Shown: in pieces, positions 23,510 to 36,309 of the stretch
How the letters are laid out: each line of letters opens with the position of its first letter
How positions within the stretch are numbered: position 1 is the stretch's first letter
NCBI RefSeq assembly: GCF_006345805.1
Contig: NW_021834289.1
Coordinates: 1 to 51,969 of the forward strand
From: Octopus sinensis
Taxonomy: Eukaryota
DNA: 51,969 bases
Direction of reading: 5' to 3'
Notes under the pieces: model-generated
Told to the model about the DNA's origin: nothing
Database searches by the model: none
The model's input: only the letters and a program-made list of their open reading frames with translations
Made by a program: the position numbers and the translations under genes

Positions 23510-23925
23510 TAGGCGCAGGAGTGGCTGTGTGGTCAGTAGCTTGCTTACCAACCACATGGTTCCAGGTTCAGTCCCACTGCGTGGCATCTTGGGCAAGTGT
23601 CTTCTGCTATAGCCCCGGGCCGACCAATGTCTTGTGAGTGGATCTGGTAGACGGAAACTGAAAGATGCCTGTCGTATATATGTATATATATGTATGTGTG
23701 TGTATATGTATGTGTGTCTGAGTTCGTCCCCCTAGCATTGCTTGACAACCGATGCTTGTATGTTTACGTCCCGTCACTTAGCAGTTCGGCAAAAGAGACT
23801 TATAGAATCAGTACTAGGCTTACAAAAATAAGTCCTGGGGTCGATTTGCTCGACTAAAGTCCGTGCTCCAGCATGGCTGCAGTCAAATGACTGAAACAAG
23901 TAAAAGAGTAAAAAGAGAAAGAGTA
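23510..23925 (+). mobile_element. full-length SINE family A
   Basis: ggcgcaggagtggctgtgtgg (A-box-like) ... ggttcagtccc (B-box-like) ... cttgggcaagtgtcttc ... ccagcatggctgcagtcaaatgactgaaacaagtaaaagag. Confidence 0.9.
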
Positions 23926-24069
23926 ATACATATATATACTCATACATTACACAGCTCGCATACTCACAAACATACAAATCTATAAGTACACTTATTCACA
24001 CATACTTATAGATATACACCCATATGTATAGATATACAGAATTGTATGTGTGCTTGTGTATGTGTATAT

Positions 24070-24345
24070 ACTCTTTTACTTGTTTCAGTCATTTTGACTG
24101 TGGCCATGCTGGAGGACTGCCTCTAGTCGAGCAAATCGACCCCAGGACTTATTCTTTGGAAGCCTAGCACTTATTCTATCGGTCTCTTTTGCTGAACCGC
24201 TAAGTTACGAGGACATAAACACACCAGCATCAGTTATCAAGCGATCTTGGGGGACAAACACAGACACACAGACACACAAATATACAATGGGCTTCTTTCA
24301 GTTTCCATCTACCAAATCCACTCACAAGGCTTTGGTCAGCCCGAG
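24070..24345 (-). mobile_element. SINE family A, 5'-truncated
   Basis: ctcttttacttgtttcagtcattttgactgtggccatgctgga...taccaaatccactcacaaggctttggtcagcccgag. Confidence 0.88.
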
Positions 24346-25089
24346 ATACAACATATAGACTGGTCCAGCCAGTGGTGGTGTTCACAAAGTGACGCCAAAA
24401 AGTGAGAGAATCGAATCGGGTTTTCCCTTTATTTATAGTTTTCTATCATGTGCCTCGTTGTGATCTCACACATGGCAAATGGAATGCAGGTGAGGTCTCG
24501 CTCCAGTCTCAGAGATGGCAATGGCTGCCGCGAGATCTCATCCAATATGGCGCTGACTGCTTGCACCGCTACATAAATACCAGTTACGCACTGGGGTCAA
24601 AGTAATTAACTAGCCTCTGCCCCAAATTTCAGGCCTTTTGCCTATAGTAGAAAGGATTATTATTATTATTATAATTATTATTATTATTATGTTTCCTCTT
24701 CTCTATTCTTTTGTCCCCCTATTTTTCTATGTACTGATAAATTCTACAAACTATAAATTGCAATTTCATCCAAGTAATATTATAATAGTTGTTAATCTTT
24801 GCCTAAGGAATTACACATAGGAGATTCCATAATGTCTTCTATTATGAATTTTCTAATATTTATATTATTATTATTATTATTTCATTTTTGCATCTGGCAG
24901 CTCCAATAACAGACAGAGTCAACATCCATTGACAAAGTTGCAAAAGCAACGAAAATTTTCGAAGAAAAAATATAAATAATAAATGAGTGGAAATCAAACC
25001 AGTGAGTGTGTTTGATTATAAGGTATTAAGACAATATGACTATCCCAAGGTACAACATAAGTATTATTATTATTACTATTATTATTACT

Positions 25090-25250
25090 TAAGGCAGCGA
25101 GCTGGCAGAATCGTTAGCATGCTAGATGAAATGCTTAGCAGTATTTCGCCTGTCACTATGTTCTGAGTTCAAATTCTGCCGAGGTTGGTTTTTGCCTTTC
25201 ATCCTTTCAGGGTCAATTAAATAACTACCAGTTATGTACTAGGTCTGATG
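25090..25250 (+). mobile_element. SINE family B
   Basis: aaggcagcgagctggcagaatcgttagca...gagttcaaattctgccgagg...gcctttcatcctttcagggtc. Confidence 0.85.
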
Positions 25251-25675
25251 TGATATGTTCCAGTGGACCGAACTCTCATCACCACTGATATATCCTATGA
25301 TGACAAAAGTATTTTGTTGTCTCTATGGGACTAGTCCAAACTGCATACCTTCGCCAACCAACTCTACTGACTGTGTCAGTCCACTATTTATTAGTCTTGG
25401 ACCAGCCCACTTCTTGCCTGGGGGAGCATCCACCAACACACTGTGGTGTGTATGTTTATTTACACAAATGCATACATGCATAGGCATTCAAGATTTCATG
25501 TCCATGGTTTTCGAACAAGTTGTTTACCCAGCAGAACATGTGAAGCTCAGAATTGTTATTCAAGAAACTTTGACAACATCTATTAATGAAAAAATGGACA
25601 TTCTATTCTATGTATTAAATACTTTCTTCACCATCTGTGCACACAAGCTTTTGGCAATCTACATTTCTATAAATA

Positions 25676-25714
<39 letters not shown>

Positions 25715-25772
25715 TATGTATATAGATATACGTGTATATGTATGTATGCATACATGTGCATATATATATATG

Positions 25773-25840
<68 letters not shown>

Positions 25841-25986
25841 TATATATATGTGTATGTATGTATGTATGTATGTATGTATGTATGTATGTATGTATGTATG
25901 CATTCATGCATACATATGTATATATAATGAATTTTTCATTTATGGAATAATTGAACACCACGCATACTGACTTTTGCTAACAGTAA

Positions 25987-26032
<46 letters not shown>

Positions 26033-26699
26033 ATGTATGTATGTATGTATGTATGTGTGTGTGTAGATAGATAGACAGACAGACATATATATGCATATAC
26101 AGACATATACACATGTGGGGATGGTATGTATGCACGTCTGTGTGTGTGTGTGTATGACTGCATGTATGTTGACAGACAGACATATAGGCTGATATATGGA
26201 TGTGTATAACCGGAGACTAACAGTTGTAACATATTCCCTTAAATGTTGGGAGTAATAACAGACGAGGCAATGTATGGCAAAGTAATGGAACACGATGATT
26301 AGTTTTCATTGACTGACTCTAGAATTCTTGCCCACAATAAAAAAAAAAAACAAAGAAGAAATAAAATAAATGAAACCAAAGAAGAATAAAAATGAATATT
26401 ATTAAATGGTAAAAAAATTTGAAGAAAAAGACTTAATCGCATATCTGAATAGATGTAACAATTATTATTGCGATGTGATTTAGTTCTTTACTTTATGGTC
26501 ACGGTTACTAATAGTAGATGATAGTGATGATGCTCAAGATTGCAGTGATTGTAATTTTGATGACAATGAAGAAGTGGATGAAGAGGAGGATGTGGAATTC
26601 CCTTGAGAGTTAAGTAATCAGACAGAAGGTCCCTACGTTTCAATAAGCACACATGCACTCACAGAGTATATGTATGGATGGATATATATATATATCATC

Positions 26700-27020
26700 A
26701 TCATCGTTTAACGTCTGTTTTCCGCGCTAGCACGGGTTGGACGGTTCGACCGGGGTCTGGGAAGCCAGGGGTTGCACCAGGCTCCAGTCTGATCTGGCAG
26801 TGTTTCTACAGCTGGATGCCCTTCCTAACACCAACCACTCCGCGAGTGTAGTGGGTGCTTTTTATGTGCCACCGGCACGGGTGCCAGGGGAGTCTGGCAT
26901 CTGTCACGATCGGTTGGTGCTTTTAACGTGCCACCGGCACAGAAGCCAGCCAAGGCGGCACTGGCATCAGCCACGTTCGGATGGTGCTTTTTATGTGCCA
27001 CCGGCACAGAAGCCAGTCGA
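26700..27020 (-). mobile_element. repeat family D, long form
   Basis: catcatcgtttaacgtc...ggatgcccttcctaac, followed by three gtgccaccggcac subrepeats. Confidence 0.85.
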
Positions 27021-27124
27021 GGCATATATATATATATATATATTCAGTTGCTGGAGTTATAGAATCTAGGTATTTCAATGTGTAGGATGCCAGAGAGAGA
27101 GAGTGTGTGTGTGTGCGTGTAAAG

Positions 27125-27450
27125 TGTAAAGACCCCTTCCTTTAGTCATGAATAACCTTGGAATTGCACCACGAAAGTTCCCCTCCAAGGCGCACAAGTC
27201 CGGGTAAGATTGTTTATGGAATACCAGCAGTCACTCATGGATACCAACGTCCTCCTCTCTCCATGCCACCATGTTATCCAAGGGAAGGGTAAAGGCCGAT
27301 ACAGCTTGGCAACAGTGACAACTCATTTCTACAGCTGAGTGAACTGGAGCAACATGAAATGAAGTGTCTTGCTCAAGAATACAACACACAGCCCAGTCCA
27401 GGAATCAAACTCACTACCTCATGATTGCAAACCTGATGCTCTAATCACTG
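27125..27450 (-). mobile_element. SINE family E (tRNA head plus CORE-like domain)
   Basis: Minus strand: cttgagcaagacacttcatttcatgttgctccagttcactcagctgtagaaatgag, resembling the CORE-SINE domain. Confidence 0.8.
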
Positions 27451-27702
27451 AGCAATGCAATTTTTACCATGTGTGTGTGTGTGTGTTATGTATTTGTGTT
27501 ATATCCTTAGTTCTGACAAAAACAGACCAGAAAGTTACCATGGGTCTTGCATCTGCTATTGCAATGGGCATTTACAATACTGGAAGTGAAACCAATGGTA
27601 ACTTTTTGGCCAGCTTTTGACAACCAAGGATATATTATTTGAATACATGAATTTCTTTTAGAGTGTGTTTTTTTTTTCTGACTTTTGGACAATTTACTAA
27701 TA

Positions 27703-27925
27703 CAGTGGTTCTCAACCAAGGTCTGTATGGCCCCTGAGGGTCCATATAATATTTTGGCAGGGTCCACAGTTCAACCTACACAAACTAATGTGTGAAAAAC
27801 TAAATACGAATTTTCAAAGAAGTTTCTATAAAACTAGTTTTTAAACATCAAATGACCATGGAGGACCACCAGAATAGTATAGTAATCAAAGGAGTCTATA
27901 GATAAAAAATTGTTGAGGACCCCTA
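27703..27925. mobile_element. hAT/Charlie-type MITE
   Basis: TIRs cagtggttctcaac / gttgaggaccccta. The 8-bp flanks tactaata / aactaaaa match at 6 of 8 positions. Confidence 0.7.
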
Positions 27926-28318
27926 AACTAAAATATATATAAGTGGGATTAGGAAAGGCACCTAGCCAAGCCTCCAGCTTGCTCTTCATGTCAAACTATC
28001 CAACTCATGCTAGCATGGAAAAAAACAAGGCATTAAATGATGGTGATGATGCTGATGACGGTGGTGCTGATATAGCTGTAAAACCAAACTGTTACAAAAG
28101 GACTGAAACAACTAGTAAAGACCCACAAAGAACTAACTATATATCTGGTATAATTATGCCTGATTTTATCAAAGTCTGCAAGTCTCATTCAATTCTGAGT
28201 CATCCAACTTGATCATGATAGTAACTAAGCATAAAGAGCAGCCAACTAATATCACCACAACAAATCATTCTAAGTCAATCAGGCTCAAGAAACTGTAAGG
28301 CCAGCAATGTCTCCCAGT

Positions 28319-28625
28319 TGTTTTGTTTGTTCCTTCTCGAGTCATACCTGGCTCATAAGGGCTGGTTTCCCGGGTTTCCTTCGCATATAGATTCCCCACC
28401 TGGACACGATGCCGGTCCGTCACAGGTGAGCTGCAAGATGCAGGAGGAAAGAGTGAGAGAAAGTTGTGGCAAAAGAGTCAGCAGAAGTTCGCCATTACCT
28501 TCTGCCGGAACCACGTGGAGCTTAGGTGTTTCGCTCATAAACACATACACATCGCCCGGTCTGAGATTCGAACCCGCGATACCTCGACCGCGAGTCCACT
28601 GCTCTAACCACTAGGCCATGAGCCT
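28319..28625 (-). mobile_element. SINE family C (tail C1) with 14-bp TSD
   Basis: TSD caatgtctcccagt at 28305-28318 and 28626-28639. Confidence 0.92.
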
Positions 28626-28650
28626 CAATGTCTCCCAGTGATTCAGCATA

Positions 28651-28885
28651 TATTTCTTTACTGCCCACAAGGGGCTAAACATAAAGGGGACAAACAAGGA
28701 CAGACAAACGGATGAAGTCAATTACATCGACCCCAGTGCGAAACTGGTACTTAATTTATCGACCCCGAAAGGATGAAAGGCAAAGTCGACCTCGGCGGAA
28801 TTTGAACTCAGAACGTAACGGCAGACGAAATACCGCTAAGCATTTCGCCTGGCGCGCTAACGCTTCTGCCAGCTCGCCGCCTTAA
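28651..28885 (-). mobile_element. young SINE family B with 18-bp TSD
   Basis: TSD tcccagtgattcagcata at 28633-28650 and 28886-28903; many CpGs are intact. Confidence 0.92.
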
Positions 28886-29730
28886 TCCCAGTGATTCAGC
28901 ATAGCCATCTATTTTACTATCGGTGATTGTACATAAGGAAATGAAGAAGCTTTGAAATATCCTCTGCAATTGATGCTCAGGAGAGACTTAAAAAAAAAAT
29001 CAAGTCGGAATTTACAGCATGCATTAATCCAGAAAAAAAGTCTTTGATCATACAACAGATCTAATAACTAATCAAAACATTGTGGATGTTTAGAAAATCT
29101 GAAGCTTCCAATAAAATCAGACTGACTAGATTAAACATGCATATAATATACTTCATTAGGACTATTTCTGTTATCTATTTGTTTGTAATTGATTAAGCAG
29201 GTTATGTTATGATCTACAGAACTTACGATGTAACTAGCCAAAAGAGTTGATATGGAAATGGAAAATATTCCCATTTCAAAAATCCTCTTTGAATTTAATT
29301 TTGCTTTCTTTCAGAGAGCCAGTTACTTTTAAATTCAATTTTTCTTTAGAAGAACGGCTAACTAATAAATCAATTAGCCGTTTATAGAACTAACAATGTT
29401 AACTTTAATCATTCTTTAAAACTAGTAATAATAATTGAATTGAATTTTTTTTTTTTTTGTTTGTTTGAAGAACCAGTAAATTTATTTTAACTTAATTTTT
29501 CTTTAGAAAAATTTGTTACTGTTTACAGAGCCAATATTAGATTATAGCTAGACATCCTATTCTAATCTGGAATCTAACTTCAGAAGAAACTTGACATTTT
29601 TCACAAAAAATGTAATTAAAAATAATTTTGTGCTAAGTCTTTACTAGTTAAATAGAAACATTACTATTTCTAAATCTCTCAAAGAGAGATATACAGTAAC
29701 GCTTGTTTAAAGTAAAGATTGTTTGCTAAC

Positions 29731-29938
29731 ATAATGTGGCTGTCCAGGATGGGACGAATGTTACTGCTGTTTAGCTCCAGGAAACATAATTTCCGGCTGG
29801 ATGTACGACACAATATAGGTGTCCTTATATTTTTGAAAATATAAGGACACAGATATTGTGTCATATAGCCAGCTGAAAATGATGTTTCCTGGGGCTAAAT
29901 AGCAGTAACAATCGTCCCATCCAGGACAGTCACATTAT
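29731..29938. mobile_element. palindromic (foldback) MITE, 208 bp
   Basis: ataatgtggctgtcc.ggatgggacga.tgttactgct.tttagc.ccaggaaaca... pairs along essentially its whole length with the right half. Confidence 0.85.
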
Positions 29939-30034
29939 CTTTACTAGTTATCTGTCACTAACTCAAACCACACCATGGCTTCTGACAAACACTTTATTAA
30001 AGTCTATCAAACAACTATGAGAATATCCAGGTTT

Positions 30035-30465
30035 ATAGGCACAGGCATGGTTATGGTAAGAAGCTTGCTTCCCACCTACATGGTCCTGGGTTCAGTCTCA
30101 CTGTGTGACACCTTGAGCAAGTGTTTTCTACTATAGACTCGGGCCAACCAAAACCTTGTGAGTGGATTTGGTAGACGGAAACTGAAAGAAGCCTATCATG
30201 TATGTATGTATGTATGTATGTATATATATATATATATATGCATTTATTTATTTATGTCTGTGTGTCTGTGTTTGTCCCCCACAACCACTTGACAACTGGT
30301 GTTGCTATGTTTACATCCTTGCAACTTAGCTGTTCAGTAAAAGAAACTGATAGAATAAGTACCATGTATAAATAAAATAAATACTGGGGTTGATTTGTTT
30401 GACTAAAAAAAAACCCTTCAAAATGGTGCCCCAGTATGGCCACAGTCAATTGACCGAAACAAGTA
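30035..30465 (+). mobile_element. SINE family A
   Basis: Head, core and tail present. Confidence 0.85.
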
Positions 30466-30609
30466 GAAGACCTCATCATATAGCTTATAACAATTTAAAG
30501 GTATGAAAAAAAGAAACCTGCTCTTCAATATACAGATATTCATATATACAAATACATGGAATGTGTGAATGCATAATTTTGTTGTACACACACACACACA
30601 CAAATATAT

Positions 30610-30955
30610 ATCTCTTTTACTCTTTTACTTGTTTTAGTCATTTGACTGTGGCCATGCTGGAGCACCGCCTTTAGTCGAGCAGATCGACCCCAAGACTTAT
30701 TCTTTGTAAGCCTAGTACTTATTCTATCGTTCTCTTTTGCCAAGTTAGGGGGACATAAACACACCAGCATCGGTTGTCAACACACACACATATATATATA
30801 CATATATACGATGGGCTTCTTTCAGTTTTCGCCTACCAAATCCACTCACAAGGCTCTGGTAGAAGACACTTTCCCAATGTGCCACGCAGTGGGACTGAAC
30901 CCGGAACCATGTGGTTGGTAAGCAAGCTACTTATCACACAGCCACTCCTGCACCT
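30610..30955 (-). mobile_element. SINE family A
   Basis: Tail ctcttttacttgttttagtcatttgactgtggccatgctggagcaccgcc through head acagccactcctgcacc. Confidence 0.88.
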
Positions 30956-31509
30956 ATATATATATATATATATATATAATCAATAGAATTTTTTTAAATA
31001 TGGAAATATTAATCAAACACTCCTAAAGGGTGTATAAAGCATTGTCTTTGTGTATAAGTGTAAACAAATCACAAAAGAAATGGCATAGAAGGTGTGTAGA
31101 TTAGTGCATTGAACTTTCAAAAATGCATCCATACAATATATTTAATTTGTTGGGGGGAAAAAAAACAATAAAAATAATAAATAAATAAAAAATAACTAAA
31201 AAGTATAACACGTCATAACTTTCTCTTTCTTCAGTTCTTAAAATTTTTTTCCAACACACACACACACAAGTATACACCCATGCATTCACTTATTGTTTCT
31301 TTCTCTTCCTCCATCTCTCTCTCCCTCTCCCCACACCCTCATTGATTGTTATGTGTTTAGGAGTATTCCATTTCCTGTTTCTCTGTCTCTGTTCAGACTA
31401 CCACAAATACCAAAATGTACATATGATGAAAACAAAGTTTTATTTACAATGGAATATCATTGTGCTTCATCGCTATTTAGATTAATACAACGCAAACAAA
31501 CAACAAACC

Positions 31510-31579
<70 letters not shown>

Positions 31580-31909
31580 AATAATAGCAACAACAACAAT
31601 GATAATGAGAATAAAATATCTTTTATAATAGTAAATACAATGATAATAATCAATATCAATATAGATGAATAAATTCAAGATACACAGATTAAGTAAACAA
31701 ATTGCAATATATTTATGCTAAACAAAAAATTAAAAGCTCGACATATCATTTTTGAAGATCTTTATGTAAAATATGTTGAAAATCTATACGCAGCTGTATG
31801 TGCACATAAAAACTATATGATCGAATTGCATCCCCCCACCCCCACTCACTAATATATATACATGCATAGGCATGGTTGTGTGGTAAGAAGCGTGCTTCTT
31901 ACCACACAA

Positions 31910-32130
31910 CCATGCGAGCTGGCAGAATCGTTAGCATGCCGGGTGAAATGTTTAGTGGTATTTCGTTCCGAGTTCAAATTCTGCCAAGGTCAACTTTGCC
32001 TTTTATCCTTTCGGGATTGATTAAATAAGTACCAGTTATGCACTGGCGGGGGGGGGTCGATATAATTGACTTAATCCCTTTGTCTGTCCTTGTTTGTCCG
32101 CTCTGTGTTTAGCCCCTTGAGGGTAGTAAA
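31910..32130 (+). mobile_element. SINE family B
   Basis: gcgagctggcagaatcgttagca...gtttagccccttgagggtagtaaagaaata. Further copies lie at ~35460-35640, 38665-38885, 39555-39785 (+) and 45895-46100 (-). Confidence 0.85.
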
Positions 32131-32269
32131 GAAATAAAGGAAGCAACCTGGCAGAAACATTAGCATGCTGGGCAAAATACTTAGTGTTATTTTGTCTGCC
32201 AAGTAGTGGGACTGAACCCAAAACCATGTGGTTGGTAAGCAAGCTACTTTCTACCACATAGACATTCCT

Positions 32270-32595
32270 ACACCTATGAACCCTTTTGATTCCTATTTTA
32301 CTCAGAATGACGCTCTTTGATGTTTAAAAATCCTATATTCTATAATAATATAGGATTTTTAAACATCAAAGAGCTAACAATTATTAGGAAATGTGTAAAA
32401 GAATTTGTTGAAATACTTTAGTGTATAGGCATAGGAGTGGCTGTGTGGTAAGTAACTTGCTTACCAACCACATGGTTCCGGGCTCAGCCCCACTGCATGG
32501 CACCTTGGGAAAGTGTCTTCTACTATAGCCTCGGGCCAACCAAAGCCTTGTGAGTGAATTTGGTAGACGGAAATTGAAAGAAGTCCGTCATATAC

Positions 32596-32653
<58 letters not shown>

Positions 32654-32957
32654 ATGTGTGTGTATGTATGTTTGTGTTTGTCCCCCCAACATCACTTGAC
32701 ATCCGATGCCGGTATGTTTACGTCCCTGTAACTTAGCAGTTCGGCAAAGGAGACCAATAGAATAAGTACTAGGCTTACAAAGAATAAGTCCTGGGGTCGA
32801 CTTGCTCGACTAAAGGTGGTGCTCCAGCATGGCCACAGCCAAATGATTGAAACAAGAGAGAATATAGTAGAAGTATGACCAATTCCGTACGCATTTTAAC
32901 AACAAAATCTTATATGGAGCCCACAAGGGCCATATGGACCTTGGCTGAAAACCATTG
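32270..32957. mobile_element. hAT-type MITE interrupted by a SINE A and carrying a local inverted duplication
   Basis: Homologous to the reverse of 47900-47995 and 27703-27760. Ends ggctgaaaaccattg followed by gtctaaaa. Confidence 0.65.
32425..32860 (+). mobile_element. full-length SINE family A
   Basis: ggcataggagtggctgtgtggtaag...ccagcatggccacagccaaatgattgaaacaag. Confidence 0.9.
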
Positions 32958-34764
32958 GTCTAAAACTATAGAATCTATGATGTAAATCAAGTAAACACTC
33001 ATTAAAAACTAACGAGAGATAATTAAAAAAAAACATTTTACATAGCACCAAAAAATAAAAAATAAAAAACTAATTAGATTAAAATATATGTTGTAGCAAA
33101 CACAAATTTAAAACTAGGAGAGGAGCCTTTATCAATAGCATAAGCAATAACTTATATACAAGATAAGTGCTGATGATGAGGCAACGGATGTCTCTATGTG
33201 ACAGCTTGAAATAGCAGCCAAATCTTCCTCTAATCATGCTATAACCATCTTGAATTTAGAATATATTAGACAATGTAATCATTGACTTTTATATATATAT
33301 ATATATACCACAACTGTAGTGTATTTGCATTCAGCAATTGAAATATGTGATAAATATATTTCATTTAACCTGAATTCTGCTCATACCTAAACACTGCTTT
33401 GTGCCTATGCTCCGTTAATTAATTTGATCAGGTAATCTACAAGTGCAAATCAGTCAAAAATCAATAATGAGGTCCCTTGAAGGGACCTTTATATCTACGT
33501 CATATAACTATTTTTTTTAAAGTCCCAAGGGAAATAACCCATAGCACCTGTACAATATTTTTAAACACCCAAGGGAAATAACCCATCTCATTGTTTATGT
33601 TTGATTACTTTGAATATTGTTTTTTGTGTGACCTGTTTCTATTTTTTGCAAATAATATCACTTTTATACTTTGACACACGAGCAGAACTCATCTCTGGAA
33701 ACCTTGTGACATGGATTATTAAAAGAAATCGATGATAGGGCCCTTCCAATGGATTCTTCTATCTACTATATATTACTAATATCTTTACCCTCGGGAATTA
33801 CAAGTACACCAGTTAGTATATAATATATATATATATATATATATAATATATATATATATAACCATGAAGAGGTTTGTGACCTGAGGATAAAGAACCACAA
33901 TAGAAACAACACAGATCATAAAAAAGGCTCTATTCAGTTGCTAGATGTAGCAATTAAATTTCACACAAAATCTTCCTACGTTCATATGGTGCTTTTTGCA
34001 TGCCATCGGTATGAGTAATGTAGTCCTAGACACATTATTTAAAAATGAAGCAAACACACTGAGTAGCCATTGCTGGAATGTCTTTAATGATCATAGGTTT
34101 GCTTGGTAAATAACATGGATAACAACAACAGCATAACACACGATTCATCTAACATGAGAATCAGTCACTTTAATAAAAAGTGTCTCATAAAAATAATCAT
34201 TGCAGAGTGTGTATGAATGTGTCCACAAGACATTTGCCAACATCGTAATACATCATTGCATCATGTGTGTATTTAACATATGGCAACCCATAATGCATTT
34301 TCAAAATGACGTGACGTAGACAATATTTTAAAACAGAAGCTAATATATCACAGAAATGGAAAGATTAAAAAAAAAACCAGTATAAAATCCCACCATTAAT
34401 ATTTTAGCATCTATTTTTCTATGACAGATCTGTTGATACAGCATGTCATCTATCAAATCAGTTTGTGTTTTGTTTTTTTTTTGTTCTATCAGCTTTTCTC
34501 TTCTGAGATTTCAAGTATACTGAGATCCGACTGCATAAACACATTTTCTCCATGTCTCCTGTCATAGTTTCCTTTCACATGTATTTTCCTCAAACACAAA
34601 CACATAACAGCAAATATTACTCACAGACTTTCTAATGTTCATTGTCCATTCCAATCACAAAACTTCAGGAAAGTGGTTGTCTCCCCTGCACACTTGCATT
34701 GATGTCATTAATGCCCAGCCACAATCTCATTTTTAACTTTGATCATCATTGAAAAACACCTTTG

Positions 34765-34935
34765 CACATCAGGAGTGGCTGTGTAGTAAGTAGCTTGCTT
34801 ACGAACCACATGGTTCCAGGTTCAGTCCCACTGCATGGCACCTTGGGCAAGTGTCTTCTACTATAGCCTCGGGCCGACCAAGGCCTTGTAAGTGGATTTG
34901 GTAGACAGAAACTGAAAGAATCCCATCGTATATAT

Positions 34936-34977
<42 letters not shown>

Positions 34978-35150
34978 TAAAAAACACCCACTACACTCAC
35001 GGAGTGGTTGGTGTTAGGAAGGGCATCCAGCTGTAGAAACACTGCCAGTTCAGATTGGAGCCTGGCACAGCCTCCTGGCTTCCCAGACCCTGGTCAAACC
35101 GTCCAACCCATGCTAGCATGGCAAATGGATGTTAAACGATGATGATGATG
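34765..35150 (+). mobile_element. SINE A head/core followed after (TA)n by a family D 3' half
   Basis: caggagtggctgtgtagtaag...gaaagaatcccatcg (TA)n, then cacccactacactcacggagtggttggtgttaggaagggcatcc...gatgatgat. Confidence 0.8.
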
Positions 35151-36309
35151 ATTGTGCCTGCTTCATTTCTCTCTAACCTCTAAAATTGTATATATTTAGA
35201 ATGACAGTGTAGGGTAGGTGTGAAAGACCTGATATGGCCAGTTTGAATACTAAAGGATTTGTGATATACTGGCATACAGTTTCTCAGCTTTAGGAGCACA
35301 TTGTTTACACTGAGTACACAGTATGGACCCAACCCTTTGATAACGATCTGCCTGAGAACACTCCTGGTTCTGTGATACAAATTTCTTCTCAAGAGTTCTA
35401 AATGAAAACCCTCCATTAAAATTTCATGTTAATTTTTAAGTTCCTTAGGCAGGGAAACAGATAGGATTGTTAGCATGCTGGGCAAAATGCCAAGCAGCAT
35501 TTCATCCGACAATGTTCTGGGTTCAAATTCCACCAAGACTTACTTTGTCTTTCATCCTTCCAGGGTTGATAAAACAAGTATCAGTTAAACACAGGGCTCA
35601 ATGTAATCGACTGAACCACTCTCTTTGTGCCTATAGTAGAAATGATCAATTTTATGTCGAACCATTGGAAATTAACACCAGTAGGAAAAATGTAGATGGG
35701 TGAAATTCCAGGTTGATGCTCCAGGGAAGAAGAATTAAGCATAGTGACTTTGAGCAGAGCCAGGTGTAAATAATACAATAGGTGTGCGGCAAAAGGTGTA
35801 GTGATTAATGAGCTGGAAGTGCTTGAGTGAAGGTAGTATGATTTTAGTTTTCTCATAAACTATTCATCAGTAATTTGATAGACAAAGAAATCTTATCACA
35901 GACCTTTTCCAGATCAACAAATGAAATGAGAAAAATGAGGAATTGAAGATGTCTAATATATTATCCAAGGTGTTCAAATATGAGTTGGGAGGAGAGAGGG
36001 GTGACATGCACAATTAAATGATGTCCAGTACTTGATTGAGTGCCTTATTTCATCAACATCTGATTGATGCACCAAGGAAGTTTCTACATAGTTGCTCCCT
36101 CAGACCAAGCCCAAGCATCTTCAAAAATGGAAGCAGTCGTTGGAGGATAATATTGTCCTAGATGCACATTCTGTCTGAGAGGATCCAGTACTGCCTGCTT
36201 GAATACTTTGAATGCAGATCTGTCTGACAAAGGTTTACTAGGAGCTAAACATTACAACAACTTAGCCTAACCTTTCTAGAAGGATGAATAGTAAATTGGC
36301 ATTTGAACA

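Noticed and set aside
25255-25725. 156-aa ORF
   Set aside because: No recognisable motif, it ends in microsatellite, and no convincing splice sites were found.
26510-26610. Short acidic peptide DDSDDAQDCSDCNFDDNEEVDEEED
   Set aside because: Low-complexity GAT/GAA-rich sequence with no supporting exon structure.
20940-27020. CRISPR-like palindromic repeat/spacer pattern in family D
   Set aside because: Units are irregular and degenerate, the context is eukaryotic, and there are no cas genes.
35845-35872. Minus-strand CTGATGA...GAAA
   Set aside because: No stem II pairing; chance match.
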